From IMG/VR virus record IMGVR_UViG_3300028886_000045: a stretch of DNA of 64,000 nt; one strand, given 5' to 3'. The notes beneath the pieces were generated by a model, which worked only from the letters and a program-made list of their open reading frames with translations, did not search any database and was not told where the DNA came from. Within the stretch, counting starts at the first letter, position 1, and each line of letters starts with the position of its first letter. The stretch is from a virus. Its lineage: Duplodnaviria; Caudoviricetes. This document shows positions 1-8,657 of this stretch, one piece after another. A program made the position numbers and the translations under genes.

Positions 1-418
1 ATAACACATCCTTGTTTACCAACTCACTTTCTTCAAGCCTATCCATTACTAAAGAATTAACCCTATCTACCATTTCCCTATATTTTTGATACCTTTCATA
101 AAGGAAAATCAAGTTTTCGGAATTGTGGGAAATAAGGCTTTGCCTACTTTGCGTTACGTTACAGATAGCACGCATAACGCTTTTGGAAATCTTACCACCT
201 GCCAATTTCTGAGGTGAATAGTACAAAAGTACAATCGTAAGGAAAACTTGCTTTCTTTCCGTAGGCTGTATGTAAGGGTACTCCTCATTGCATATATCCC
301 ATATATCTTGTATAAAGGACTCCTCAATCAATAACGGCTTGTAAAGATGCCTTACCACCTTGTTTATGTGTTTCCGTTGTTCATTGAGCGATGTTAGTTG
401 TTTTATATTCTTGAACAT
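1..418 (-). CDS. Phage hypothetical protein, 3' end runs to window edge
   Basis: Hand-translated open frame from ATG at 418 (MFKNIKQ...LLYYSPQKLAGGK...) with no stop before position 1. Confidence 0.7.
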   Translation of the reverse strand, partial: MFKNIKQLTSLNEQRKHINKVVRHLYKPLLIEESFIQDIWDICNEEYPYIQPTERKQVFLTIVLLYYSPQKLAGGKISKSVMRAICNVTQSRQSLISHNSENLIFLYERYQKYREMVDRVNSLVMDRLEESELVNKDVL

Positions 419-432
419 ACGCGCCTACTATC

Positions 433-1077
433 TTATGACTTATGCCCCGAACCGAATCCGTTCAATCCGCGTGAAGAATCGGCTTCAATATCATCAACCT
501 TATTGAGGTTTACCTCGTCAGCCTTGACAAACCACATTTGACCCACCTTTGTACCACGCTTGATAATATGACCCTCACCTTCTTTTGCGCTGTAATACAT
601 TACACCGACCGCCTTTCTGTAACCTTGGTCAACTATACCCAACCTTACATCCGCGTCATCCCACACCTCTTGTCCGTCTGCCAAACACTTCATTCCCTTT
701 ACCGTATTTCCCGACGTAGGGCAAAGAATAGCGTGAATACCCTTTTGTGGGCGCATTTTGATACCTGTTGGCAAAATCTGCCTACCACTTTTGACAACGT
801 AGTCTTCGCTTATCCTTACATCATAGCACAAATCCTCTGCGCCATGCGCTCTTTCCAATTCAAAGGCATTTTCGTCATAGGCAACATCGACATTGGGAAC
901 TTTGAAAAATCTGTCAAGTACCATGCTTTGCATTTTTACCCTTTGCGCCAAATCCCTATTTTCTGAATGCAAGGAAACGATTTCCCTATCCATCGCCTTA
1001 ATATCAGACTTTACAAGTATGGCTACCATAGTTACAAGTGCCAACAAACCAAAAAATACAATAAATGTCAAATCCAT
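433..1077 (-). CDS. dut: Divergent trimeric dUTPase with N-terminal transmembrane helix and coiled coil
   Basis: Motif III GIVDQGYR, motif IV KVGQ, motif V RGLNGFGS; hydrophobic N-terminus FIVFFGLLALVTMVAILV. Confidence 0.8.
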   Translation of the reverse strand: MDLTFIVFFGLLALVTMVAILVKSDIKAMDREIVSLHSENRDLAQRVKMQSMVLDRFFKVPNVDVAYDENAFELERAHGAEDLCYDVRISEDYVVKSGRQILPTGIKMRPQKGIHAILCPTSGNTVKGMKCLADGQEVWDDADVRLGIVDQGYRKAVGVMYYSAKEGEGHIIKRGTKVGQMWFVKADEVNLNKVDDIEADSSRGLNGFGSGHKS

Positions 1078-1106
1078 TTTGCTTTTTTCCTTTCTTATTT
1101 AGGTTA

Positions 1107-1376
1107 TTATTTCTCGTTTATGAAAAGTTGCTTTGACTGCTTGAACTTAATCAATGGTCTCGGCTTTGTTACCACCCTTTCCCCATTCTGCTTAACAAAC
1201 ACCCTTTCGGCTGTGTGTGATTTCTTGAACGTACCGAAACCGCGACAATAGAACGGCTCGCCTGCTACCAAGTTGGCGCACAACGTATCAAGCATCAACT
1301 CTGTTATTTCCCTTATTTCCTTTTTCGGAAAGACGCACCTTTCGGCTATCTCGTCCACTAAATCCCTTTTTGTCAT
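1107..1376 (-). CDS. HU/IHF-family histone-like DNA-binding protein
   Basis: MTKRDLVDEIA...RGFGTF...KFKQSKQL, 89 aa. Confidence 0.9.
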   Translation of the reverse strand: MTKRDLVDEIAERCVFPKKEIREITELMLDTLCANLVAGEPFYCRGFGTFKKSHTAERVFVKQNGERVVTKPRPLIKFKQSKQLFINEK

Positions 1377-1378
1377 AC

Positions 1379-1549
1379 TTATTCAATAGTTATTTTTCTT
1401 ACTTCTACCCTATTGTATGCCGTTTTGTATGTGGTTACAACTGCATCGCGCACGGCTTCACGCAAATTCGTTTCCAACGCGCTATTTGGTGCATTAAACA
1501 TTTCTTCGTCTTCTGCAACCGCGATTTCTAATGTAATATGCTTTATCAT
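1379..1549 (-). CDS. Small hypothetical protein (56 aa)
   Basis: Hand-translated MIKHITLEIAV...; ATGA overlap with upstream gene, fills the gap to HU. Confidence 0.6.
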   Translation of the reverse strand: MIKHITLEIAVAEDEEMFNAPNSALETNLREAVRDAVVTTYKTAYNRVEVRKITIE

Positions 1550-2259
1550 AATATAAACCGCTTTATAGAACTTGGATTAGTCATTACCATCTTTGCAATC
1601 AATTCACATTTTACGGCTTCGGATTTATCCTCCTCGTTTGGTATTACTTCGATATTCACACCGTGGTCATCATACCCAATACTCCTCCGTTTATCCCTAC
1701 ACGCATTTCTGTAAAACAATGTAATTGCATCATTCTTTGTTGCAACTAACATATTCCCAAATGCCTTTTGGTAGCGAAATCCCCCATCTTCTGTCTTTGC
1801 CTTTACACACAAAGTTGTATCATGTAGTGTTAAGCCAAAGTCACGACACCTTTCAACCGCATCTTCCCACATACCATAGTAATCCCCAAAATAGCGCATA
1901 AAATGATAGGCTTCCACCCAAACATCATCATAGCCAAACAAAGAATCTATATCGTGAATGGTATTTTTCTCTGCTTCCACCGACCGCATAGTTTCAAACA
2001 TTTCCTTTGTATAATGTTCACATACTGATACTATCGGCTGTGCCATAAGCCCCCTTACAACCATTTCCGCGTACTCTTTCTTACACGTTGATAGTTCCAA
2101 TTTCTGCATTTGATTTATTACAGAACTTGCGCACACCTTTTCCATTTCATTGGGATTTATCTCCCCTAACTGATACGGCATTCGCGACAAAGCCAAACAG
2201 CAATACGCACCCTCGTTTTTGGTGTTTATTATGTCTCTACAAACATCTATAAACTGCAT
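1546..2259 (-). CDS. Hypothetical protein
   Basis: 237-aa ORF tightly packed in operon. Confidence 0.75.
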   Translation of the reverse strand: MQFIDVCRDIINTKNEGAYCCLALSRMPYQLGEINPNEMEKVCASSVINQMQKLELSTCKKEYAEMVVRGLMAQPIVSVCEHYTKEMFETMRSVEAEKNTIHDIDSLFGYDDVWVEAYHFMRYFGDYYGMWEDAVERCRDFGLTLHDTTLCVKAKTEDGGFRYQKAFGNMLVATKNDAITLFYRNACRDKRRSIGYDDHGVNIEVIPNEEDKSEAVKCELIAKMVMTNPSSIKRFIL

Positions 2260-2265
2260 AAGATT

Positions 2266-2490
2266 CTACATTAAAGCGTAAGACAATTTGTTTACTATAT
2301 CTTCGTAAGAAGACGATATAAGCAAAATTTCACCATTACTTTTTTCAATAGCCCTACATTCGTTTGGGGTCTTTCTATCTTTCTTTTCAAAATAGAAATA
2401 TCTCTCATATATGGTTTCAATGGTTTCCACTTTCACCATTATATGCCCCCCATTCAAGTCTGTAAGTTCTATGAAATCACTTTGTAACAT
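2266..2490 (-). CDS. Hypothetical protein
   Basis: 74-aa ORF in operon. Confidence 0.7.
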   Translation of the reverse strand: MLQSDFIELTDLNGGHIMVKVETIETIYERYFYFEKKDRKTPNECRAIEKSNGEILLISSSYEDIVNKLSYALM

Positions 2491-2503
2491 ACGTTTATGA
2501 TGT

Positions 2504-2755
2504 TTATGCCATTTTGGAAAGTGCGTTTCTTACTTGCTCGTCTGTGTACTTATAATCGTTTTTCAGTATGAATGTGCCGTACTGAATCATCTTTATAATA
2601 TCTTCCGCACCGTTCTTGTTCCTATGCCTTGAAACATACTTTACCACGCTACCCTCGTCAAAGTTTAGGTTGTTTGCGTGAATGTAGTCTATCGGCTGTA
2701 TTCCGCACTTCTCGTAATGCGTACCGCCTACTTGCTTCTGACTTTCCCCATTCAT
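2504..2755 (-). CDS. DUF3310 family protein (T7 gp1.7-like nucleotide kinase family)
   Basis: QVGGTHY...IQPIDYI...F.EG.VVKYV.R...KNG.EDI.K signature. Confidence 0.85.
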   Translation of the reverse strand: MNGESQKQVGGTHYEKCGIQPIDYIHANNLNFDEGSVVKYVSRHRNKNGAEDIIKMIQYGTFILKNDYKYTDEQVRNALSKMA

Positions 2756-2760
2756 ATCTT

Positions 2761-3042
2761 CTATAATTTTAATAGTAAAATTTCGTATTTAGATAACTCC
2801 TCCTTGATTTGCTTGATATGTGCGCACATAACCCTTCGGTTTATCATTCTCTGCTTTTTCCCAATCTTCATTACCACCAAGTGACGGAACAAATGCAGTT
2901 TACACTCTTCATCCAAGCAAACATAGCACTCGCAATCGTAAGTTGAAACCAACCCCACAAACGCATAGGGGGTGTTATTAATCAAGACTTCTTTTCCAAG
3001 TGCCCTACTCGCCTTATCCTTGATTTGTTCTAACTTTGTCAC
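2761..3042 (-). CDS. Hypothetical protein
   Basis: 93-aa ORF in operon. Confidence 0.6.
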   Translation of the reverse strand: MTKLEQIKDKASRALGKEVLINNTPYAFVGLVSTYDCECYVCLDEECKLHLFRHLVVMKIGKKQRMINRRVMCAHIKQIKEELSKYEILLLKL

Positions 3043-3412
3043 CGATTACCACATTTGTTATATAGACAAAATAAAGCACATACAAGCCTTCACCCTCGCC
3101 AAAAGTGACGATTTCCCCACAGACTTCACTCGTATTTTCTTCTTTTAGTTTGTTGTATTCCAAATGCCCACCATCTTTTATTATAAAGCCGTTTTCGCGT
3201 AACGCTACAAATGTATTCGCATAAGGTATAAGCGAACTTATATCAATTTTTTCGCCCCCTCTTTCTTTTACGGTATTTGCCTTAATAGCCACCGCAATAC
3301 TTAGACACCCTTTTTGGCTTACGCGACTTAATGCCTCCTCAATCTTCATGTAGGCTTCACCCTTAGTAATTACTTTAAGGGCATTTTCGAGCATTCTTTT
3401 TGCTTCTATCAT
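3014..3412 (-). CDS. Hypothetical protein
   Basis: 132-aa ORF just downstream of a promoter box. Confidence 0.7.
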   Translation of the reverse strand: MIEAKRMLENALKVITKGEAYMKIEEALSRVSQKGCLSIAVAIKANTVKERGGEKIDISSLIPYANTFVALRENGFIIKDGGHLEYNKLKEENTSEVCGEIVTFGEGEGLYVLYFVYITNVVIGDKVRTNQG

Positions 3413-3431
3413 AACTTTTCTAATTTTGCTA

Positions 3432-3439
3432 CAAAGTTA
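3432..3439 (-). promoter_or_regulatory. Bacteroidota sigma-A -7 box (TAACTTTG)
   Basis: Matches TAnnTTTG, 20 nt upstream of ATG 3412. Confidence 0.65.
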
Positions 3440-3500
3440 CGAAAATATATGCAGTTATGCAACTTTTTTCACAACTTTTTACTAACTTTTTACCAAATTT

Positions 3501-3695
3501 CTAAATTTGGTCAATCTCGAACTCACTACACAACTTTTCCTTTTCGTCTGCAACAGAGGTGTTGTTTTCCGTTGCAAGTATTCTTGCAAGTTCTCTGATA
3601 CGCGCCATAGCAACCCTATAACATCTATTGTTAATTGCCAAACGTATCTCGCCCCTTTTGCGATATATCAGCCTAACACTAATCTCTTTATCCAT
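3501..3695 (-). CDS. Hypothetical protein
   Basis: 64-aa ORF in operon. Confidence 0.6.
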   Translation of the reverse strand: MDKEISVRLIYRKRGEIRLAINNRCYRVAMARIRELARILATENNTSVADEKEKLCSEFEIDQI

Positions 3696-4510
3696 TTTTC
3701 TTCAAGTTCGTTTGTTATCGGCTTTTGCCCTTTTATGTCTTTATACAATTCGCCAATGGCTTCACGGCAATCCTCTCGAAAATTTGCATTTTCAATGGTA
3801 GCCTTTAATAGCATATCGCCAATGGCTTTCTCGTCCACGATTTTCTTTTCTATGATATTGTATGCGTTCATACATTGTTTGTACGCGCCAAAGTCTATAT
3901 CTTTGTCCCCATAGGTAACAATGCGTACAACCATATCCCACAACGCAAAAAGACTATACAGATTTGCAAAAGCAACCATCTTTGAATAGTCGTAATTGTA
4001 TTTCTCCTTGAACTGATTGCAGACACTTACAAAGAAATCCTTTGCACCTTGCAATAGTACGAATGTACCAATTACCTTACTTTTAAGTTCTGCATCCGTT
4101 TCGATTCCGTTCTTAATCAAAACATTCTTGATTTGGAAATTAAGTTGGTTTACGTTCTTCTGAAAGTGTTCATCCGTAATATCCAAGAAATCCAAAATCA
4201 GACTGCGCCTTTTGCCATACACCCTACAAATCTCGGTTTCTCTTCTTTCCCAATTCTGCTTGCACTTAACGATGTATTCAGCAACACACGTTTTCTTGAC
4301 TTTCTTATCTGCCAACTCGCCCTCCTTTGGGGCATAAATCCTACCGCCCCTTTCAATAAAGGGAATGTTGTAATATATGGTTTTCCTTAACACTTCATCG
4401 CAATCATAGAGTGCCTTCGCCGCTATTGAATTAAACGGCATAAGGTACTCCATAATTACAGATAAGCACTCAGAATAACCCTTTTCCTTTTGTGCTTCTG
4501 TTATTTTCAT
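3668..4510 (-). CDS. Hypothetical protein
   Basis: 280-aa ORF. Confidence 0.8.
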   Translation of the reverse strand: MKITEAQKEKGYSECLSVIMEYLMPFNSIAAKALYDCDEVLRKTIYYNIPFIERGGRIYAPKEGELADKKVKKTCVAEYIVKCKQNWERRETEICRVYGKRRSLILDFLDITDEHFQKNVNQLNFQIKNVLIKNGIETDAELKSKVIGTFVLLQGAKDFFVSVCNQFKEKYNYDYSKMVAFANLYSLFALWDMVVRIVTYGDKDIDFGAYKQCMNAYNIIEKKIVDEKAIGDMLLKATIENANFREDCREAIGELYKDIKGQKPITNELEEKWIKRLVLG

Positions 4511-4529
4511 TTCAATTCCGTTTCAGTCC

Positions 4530-4943
4530 TTACAAGAAATAGACATCCAAAACATTTGTTTCGGAAACTGCCTTTACCTCCCAATCCAACATAGAACTAC
4601 GCATATATTCACCGAATACCTCACGCGCATTTTCCACGCTTTCCGCGTTCATAAGGTAAGAGCAATGTGTTCGCTTTTCCTTGCCGTTCTTATCATCTAT
4701 CGTGATGAAAGCGAACTTCACGGAATACCACTTATACTTCTCGCCCTTGACGATTTCGGAATAGCGCACGCGCTTGATAGCATCAACTTCTAACTCGTCT
4801 TGGGTTTCGGGGGACAAAATTTCAATGATACGCTTTTCCGCGTCACCGAATGTTTCGGTTTCAACCAAATAGGTTTCCGTTACTTTCTTGACAAGACCGT
4901 CCTCGGTCATTCTGCCAATCTTAATCTTTGTTTCAAAAAACAT
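4530..4943 (-). CDS. DUF4494 family protein
   Basis: FETKIK...DGLVKKVTETYLVE..TF.DAEKRIIE, typical of this Bacteroidota family. Confidence 0.8.
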   Translation of the reverse strand: MFFETKIKIGRMTEDGLVKKVTETYLVETETFGDAEKRIIEILSPETQDELEVDAIKRVRYSEIVKGEKYKWYSVKFAFITIDDKNGKEKRTHCSYLMNAESVENAREVFGEYMRSSMLDWEVKAVSETNVLDVYFL

Positions 4944-4961
4944 AACTTAAAAGATTTGATA

Positions 4962-5369
4962 TTAAAACTTTTTATCTAACTCTAATCCGTGAATTTGCGG
5001 ATTGTTTGCCAAATCAATGTATATTTGCAGTTTAGAGTTCAAACTGATATTGTAGCATTCATTTTCAGCATCCAAACTATTAGGACGGTTTCTAAATCCC
5101 ATTTCGTGCATACAACGCTTAAATTGGGTGTTGCTAACATATTTATACCATTCATTATGATAGAAAATATGCCCAATCGTCCTTTCTGCCATGTGCTTTA
5201 GGGAATATGACGAAATGCGATAATTGATATTGTGGGTTCGCGTTAGGAATATACTGATAAAGTCCTTAACCTCTTCATCCGTAGCATTACCCACCATTTC
5301 CGTTTTGCTATACTTGCTTATCGCATTAAGTACCTTTGCCGTGCCTTCTGCGTCACCTTTTATTCTCAT
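4962..5369 (-). CDS. Hypothetical protein
   Basis: 135-aa ORF with SYSLKH.AE...YVSN..F...M...GF motif. Confidence 0.7.
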   Translation of the reverse strand: MRIKGDAEGTAKVLNAISKYSKTEMVGNATDEEVKDFISIFLTRTHNINYRISSYSLKHMAERTIGHIFYHNEWYKYVSNTQFKRCMHEMGFRNRPNSLDAENECYNISLNSKLQIYIDLANNPQIHGLELDKKF

Positions 5370-5626
5370 GCCCTTCTTCTGTCTTTATGCGTTTTAACGT
5401 AGTTTCCGCGCAATGTTTCCAAACACTTCTCCACTTGGTTGATACCGATAACGAAATTTTCCGCATCGGCTTCGGTACTTACCTTGAATACGGGTGTACC
5501 GTCCACACACACATAGGGAACATTATCTATATCCGTCAATGTCACCGCCTCGCGTGCGTCCTCACAGATAGCCTTCATTCTGCTTTCTTCTGTGATACCA
5601 AGAATTTTCTGTAATTTCTCTATCAT
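5366..5626 (-). CDS. Hypothetical protein
   Basis: 86 aa, ATGA overlaps at both ends. Confidence 0.75.
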   Translation of the reverse strand: MIEKLQKILGITEESRMKAICEDAREAVTLTDIDNVPYVCVDGTPVFKVSTEADAENFVIGINQVEKCLETLRGNYVKTHKDRRRA

Positions 5627-5856
5627 ACCTTTGTTTCTATGAATTTTATAAAGTCACCCACGGTCGTGCCTTTGTCAGCCTTTGCCTTTTCCCAAACATC
5701 ATCGGACATTTCCGCACCCATAGATGATGCCCAAATTTGCAGTTCTATGCAGTCGAGGCTATCTAACCCCAACCCCTCAAATGTATCTGTGGGTTTGCAT
5801 TCTTCACCACAAATCTCGCTTACCTTACATAAGACCTTTTCCGTGATTTCGTTCAT
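5623..5856 (-). CDS. Acyl carrier protein-like
   Basis: 77 aa, acidic, LGLDSLD phosphopantetheine-attachment motif, C-terminal TVGDFIKFIE. Confidence 0.85.
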   Translation of the reverse strand: MNEITEKVLCKVSEICGEECKPTDTFEGLGLDSLDCIELQIWASSMGAEMSDDVWEKAKADKGTTVGDFIKFIETKV

Positions 5857-5891
5857 TCTGATTCATTTTGATTCATTTTCATTCACACCCC

Positions 5892-6125
5892 CTAACTATT
5901 ATTGTTAAGGGGTGTTTCCACATACTTCCAAGACTTGCAGACATTAACTCGGTGGTTGTTTCGAGTTTCAAATGTAAAACCACATTCGTTTTCAAACAAA
6001 ATGTGTTTCTTCATTTGTTTGTAGTAGCGATTGTAATAAACATTCGCTGCCTCCTCGGTCAAAAATGACTTCTTTTCAAACTTTCCCTCGATTGAGTCAT
6101 AAGTCTTAACAATGGTGTATGCCAT
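5892..6125 (-). CDS. Hypothetical early protein
   Basis: 77 aa, first gene after conserved leader copy 1. Confidence 0.75.
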   Translation of the reverse strand: MAYTIVKTYDSIEGKFEKKSFLTEEAANVYYNRYYKQMKKHILFENECGFTFETRNNHRVNVCKSWKYVETPLNNNS

Positions 6126-6204
6126 AACTGAAAGTGGCGATTTTATGCCGTTGCCTTCGGCTCTACCAAGAAACGACCTTGTTTCTTATTACAATGCAAA
6201 GGTA
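6126..6204 (-). promoter_or_regulatory. Conserved early leader copy 1: TACCTTTG promoter plus pseudoknot (6136-6161)
   Basis: GCCG-AA-GGC-AA-CGGC-AUAAAAUC-GCC, 10 nt before AUG. Confidence 0.75.
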
Positions 6205-6250
6205 CAACAAATATTTGACATATACAAATTTCTTAACACTATTTAATAAT

Positions 6251-7084
6251 TTAGTTGGTATTTTCTTTGTATCGTTTTAGATACACGTCGGGGGTTTCGC
6301 CAAACCTATCCTTAAAGACTTTCGACAAAGTGGCTTTCATCTTTTCGTTCTTTTCCGTCACAATGCCGTTAGCCATTTTAAGTTTCAGTTCTTCGGGTAT
6401 GATACGCGCCTTTTTATCTGCCAACTTTCCTAAGTCCTTCAATTTGTTTGTATCATCCTTTATTCCGTGCCGTTTGCAGTACTCCTCCCTACTGATTCCG
6501 TCACGCTTTGCCTCTGCGTCCTTTCGTGCTTCTTCTTCACTTCTGATAGCATCCAACATCTGCGCACGTTCTTCGCGGAACTTATGCAATGATTTCGTTA
6601 TTGCAAGGTAGTAGGTGGTATCACCATAGAATTGCTTATATCGCGCTTGCTTAAAACGGCTTACAAACACCTTGATTTCATCTACCGACAAATCTTTGTT
6701 TTCTTCGACTATCGAATTTGCCAAATCGTCAATCTGAAAATCTGCCATTTTCGAGCCATCGACACCAAGTAGCGTAAACATAGACTTTAGCACCACGAAT
6801 AGGAACATATTGGAAGAACCCTTTCCGTATGTCATATCCAAATAAAGCAACGTAGGGGACTGACCCATACAAGCCTCGCGCAAATCATACTTTTGCGACT
6901 GCGTAAGCACACCCAAAGCACCTACATAGTGTGTTACACCATAGGCATCCGTCTGCCTTGCATCAAAGGACTCCACCGCCCCATATTTTCGTATGATTTC
7001 TTGCTTACGCCTTTGTCGCTTGCCTTCGAGCACTAAGTCTGTCGAGGTAGTTTGCGGAACTTTGCAAATCTCGTTCTGTTTCAT
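6251..7084 (-). CDS. Replication-module protein (possible helicase-loader / lambda P-like position)
   Basis: Follows the initiator-like gene; start refined to MKQNEICK. Confidence 0.55.
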   Translation of the reverse strand: MKQNEICKVPQTTSTDLVLEGKRQRRKQEIIRKYGAVESFDARQTDAYGVTHYVGALGVLTQSQKYDLREACMGQSPTLLYLDMTYGKGSSNMFLFVVLKSMFTLLGVDGSKMADFQIDDLANSIVEENKDLSVDEIKVFVSRFKQARYKQFYGDTTYYLAITKSLHKFREERAQMLDAIRSEEEARKDAEAKRDGISREEYCKRHGIKDDTNKLKDLGKLADKKARIIPEELKLKMANGIVTEKNEKMKATLSKVFKDRFGETPDVYLKRYKENTN

Positions 7085-7688
7085 ATTGTTTTCTTTCCTT
7101 TTCAGTCTGCATTTTACGATTCTTGTAATTACCCTCCAACACCTTAATAAAGTTGTTTGGTCTAAACATCCAATCAAAGCCGTAGGCTGTACCCGAAACG
7201 TAACCATTCATAAAGTCGCTTTCCGATGCGTTGTCAATGACAATCTTCACCGATGCCACGCCATAATCCTTGATTCTGCCACGCACCAACCCCTTGCGCT
7301 TTTCCGACATATCCTTAATCTGTGGGATTCCGCGCCCTTTCATTCGGTTGTTAAAGTATTGCAAAAGTTCATCCCAATCTACATATTCAACACCTTGTTT
7401 CGTGGCGATTTCCTCACCCTTTGGCTTTACCCTCAGAACATTCTTTTTCTTTCCGTACATCAATTCATCGTACTTCTGTATCTGACAAATCTTTAGGGTA
7501 TCGTCTGCCATTACAACAAAGCCTTTATCCACAAGGGCGTGAATTGTCGGACTTGTTCTTTCATCGCTGAATATTGACATAGGAATATCGGTTACATTAC
7601 CGTCTGCGTCCGAATTGCAAAGGAGATAGCAAAACATACTGAACTCCTTAGACTTTCCGAACATTGAATATAATTCTTTAAGAAACAT
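7005..7688 (-). CDS. Phage replication initiator / replisome organiser-like protein
   Basis: C-terminal FDWMFRPNNFIKVLEGNY motif typical of phage initiators. Confidence 0.75.
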   Translation of the reverse strand: MFLKELYSMFGKSKEFSMFCYLLCNSDADGNVTDIPMSIFSDERTSPTIHALVDKGFVVMADDTLKICQIQKYDELMYGKKKNVLRVKPKGEEIATKQGVEYVDWDELLQYFNNRMKGRGIPQIKDMSEKRKGLVRGRIKDYGVASVKIVIDNASESDFMNGYVSGTAYGFDWMFRPNNFIKVLEGNYKNRKMQTEKERKQYETERDLQSSANYLDRLSARRQATKA

Positions 7689-7710
7689 ACTTAAAAGGTT
7701 TTTTAGAAAG

Positions 7711-8142
7711 TTAGAATATAAATTTTTGGTGCAAATGCTTTGCTATTGACGGATGGGCATCAACCGTCATGTTTTCGTGCTTATAGTGCTCCAATATGCT
7801 TTGGATTTCCGCAAAAGGCGTATCACCATCCATTGAATAGAAACGCACGCTGTTACGCCCACCGTGTCGCTTATCTACCATTACAATCCATGACTTATCC
7901 CTTACATGGTGGTCAATCGCCACAATTTCGTTTTCAGAAAGTAAGTCAATCAACCTTCCATGTATCTTTAGGGTCTTTTCTACCCCATGCAAGGTTAAAT
8001 TCGCGTTATCTAACTTACCTTTCGTGGCTTGCACTTCATTCACCAAATTCTGCAAGGACTTCATTTCGTCTGCCATGCACCAACTTAGGAACTTATACGC
8101 CTTCCGTTTAGCATAACGCCTTAGAATTTCTTTTCCATTCAT
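7711..8142 (-). CDS. Hypothetical protein
   Basis: 143-aa ORF in operon. Confidence 0.7.
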   Translation of the reverse strand: MNGKEILRRYAKRKAYKFLSWCMADEMKSLQNLVNEVQATKGKLDNANLTLHGVEKTLKIHGRLIDLLSENEIVAIDHHVRDKSWIVMVDKRHGGRNSVRFYSMDGDTPFAEIQSILEHYKHENMTVDAHPSIAKHLHQKFIF

Positions 8143-8148
8143 ACATAT

Positions 8149-8343
8149 TTACTTTATTGGATGGATAACGTAATTAGTAGCAAAGAAATCGTCTAAATCC
8201 TCTTTTGCATAAAAGATAGTACCGTGTACCTTGCTATAAGGTATTTCGCCATTCATTCGTAGATTCTTCAAGAAATCCGAACCTACACCCAATTCCTTTT
8301 GCGCCTTTGCGTTACTCCACCACGTTTTTACACTTCTTGCCAT
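8149..8343 (-). CDS. HTH_17 / excisionase-like DNA-binding protein
   Basis: A..ELGV...FL..LR..G.IPYSKV.G.IFY..EDL pattern. Confidence 0.8.
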   Translation of the reverse strand: MARSVKTWWSNAKAQKELGVGSDFLKNLRMNGEIPYSKVHGTIFYAKEDLDDFFATNYVIHPIK

Positions 8344-8543
8344 TCCACTTTAGGCTCTACAACAGAAACGCCATAAAACTCATTCAACGCCCTTTCGCGG
8401 ATTTCCTTTGCAGTCTTGGAATGCCTTTTGAAACGCAAAGCCTCAAAGATTGCAACCCTATCATATCCGCTTGCTATCATTGCATCTGTCATTGACTTAT
8501 GCAACACAATTCGCTCTTGCATTTTAACAATCGGTCTTAACAT
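8328..8543 (-). CDS. Small putative DNA-binding (Cro-like) protein
   Basis: IFEALRFKRHSKTAKEIRERAL; first gene after a promoter with flanking palindromes. Confidence 0.55.
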   Translation of the reverse strand: MLRPIVKMQERIVLHKSMTDAMIASGYDRVAIFEALRFKRHSKTAKEIRERALNEFYGVSVVEPKVEWQEV

Positions 8544-8570
8544 TGTCTTTTTCCTTTCTTTTTTCGTTTG

Positions 8571-8646
8571 CAAAGTTAATAAAAATATTGGTATTGATAC
8601 CAATTTTATTGTTAATATTGTTTAATATGTTGGTAATCAATACCAA
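8571..8646 (-). promoter_or_regulatory. Promoter (TAACTTTG 8571-8578) with two palindromic operator-like sites
   Basis: ATTGGTATTGATACCAAT (8587-8604) and TTGGTAATCAATACCAA (8630-8646). Confidence 0.65.
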
Positions 8647-8657
8647 TACACGCCTTT

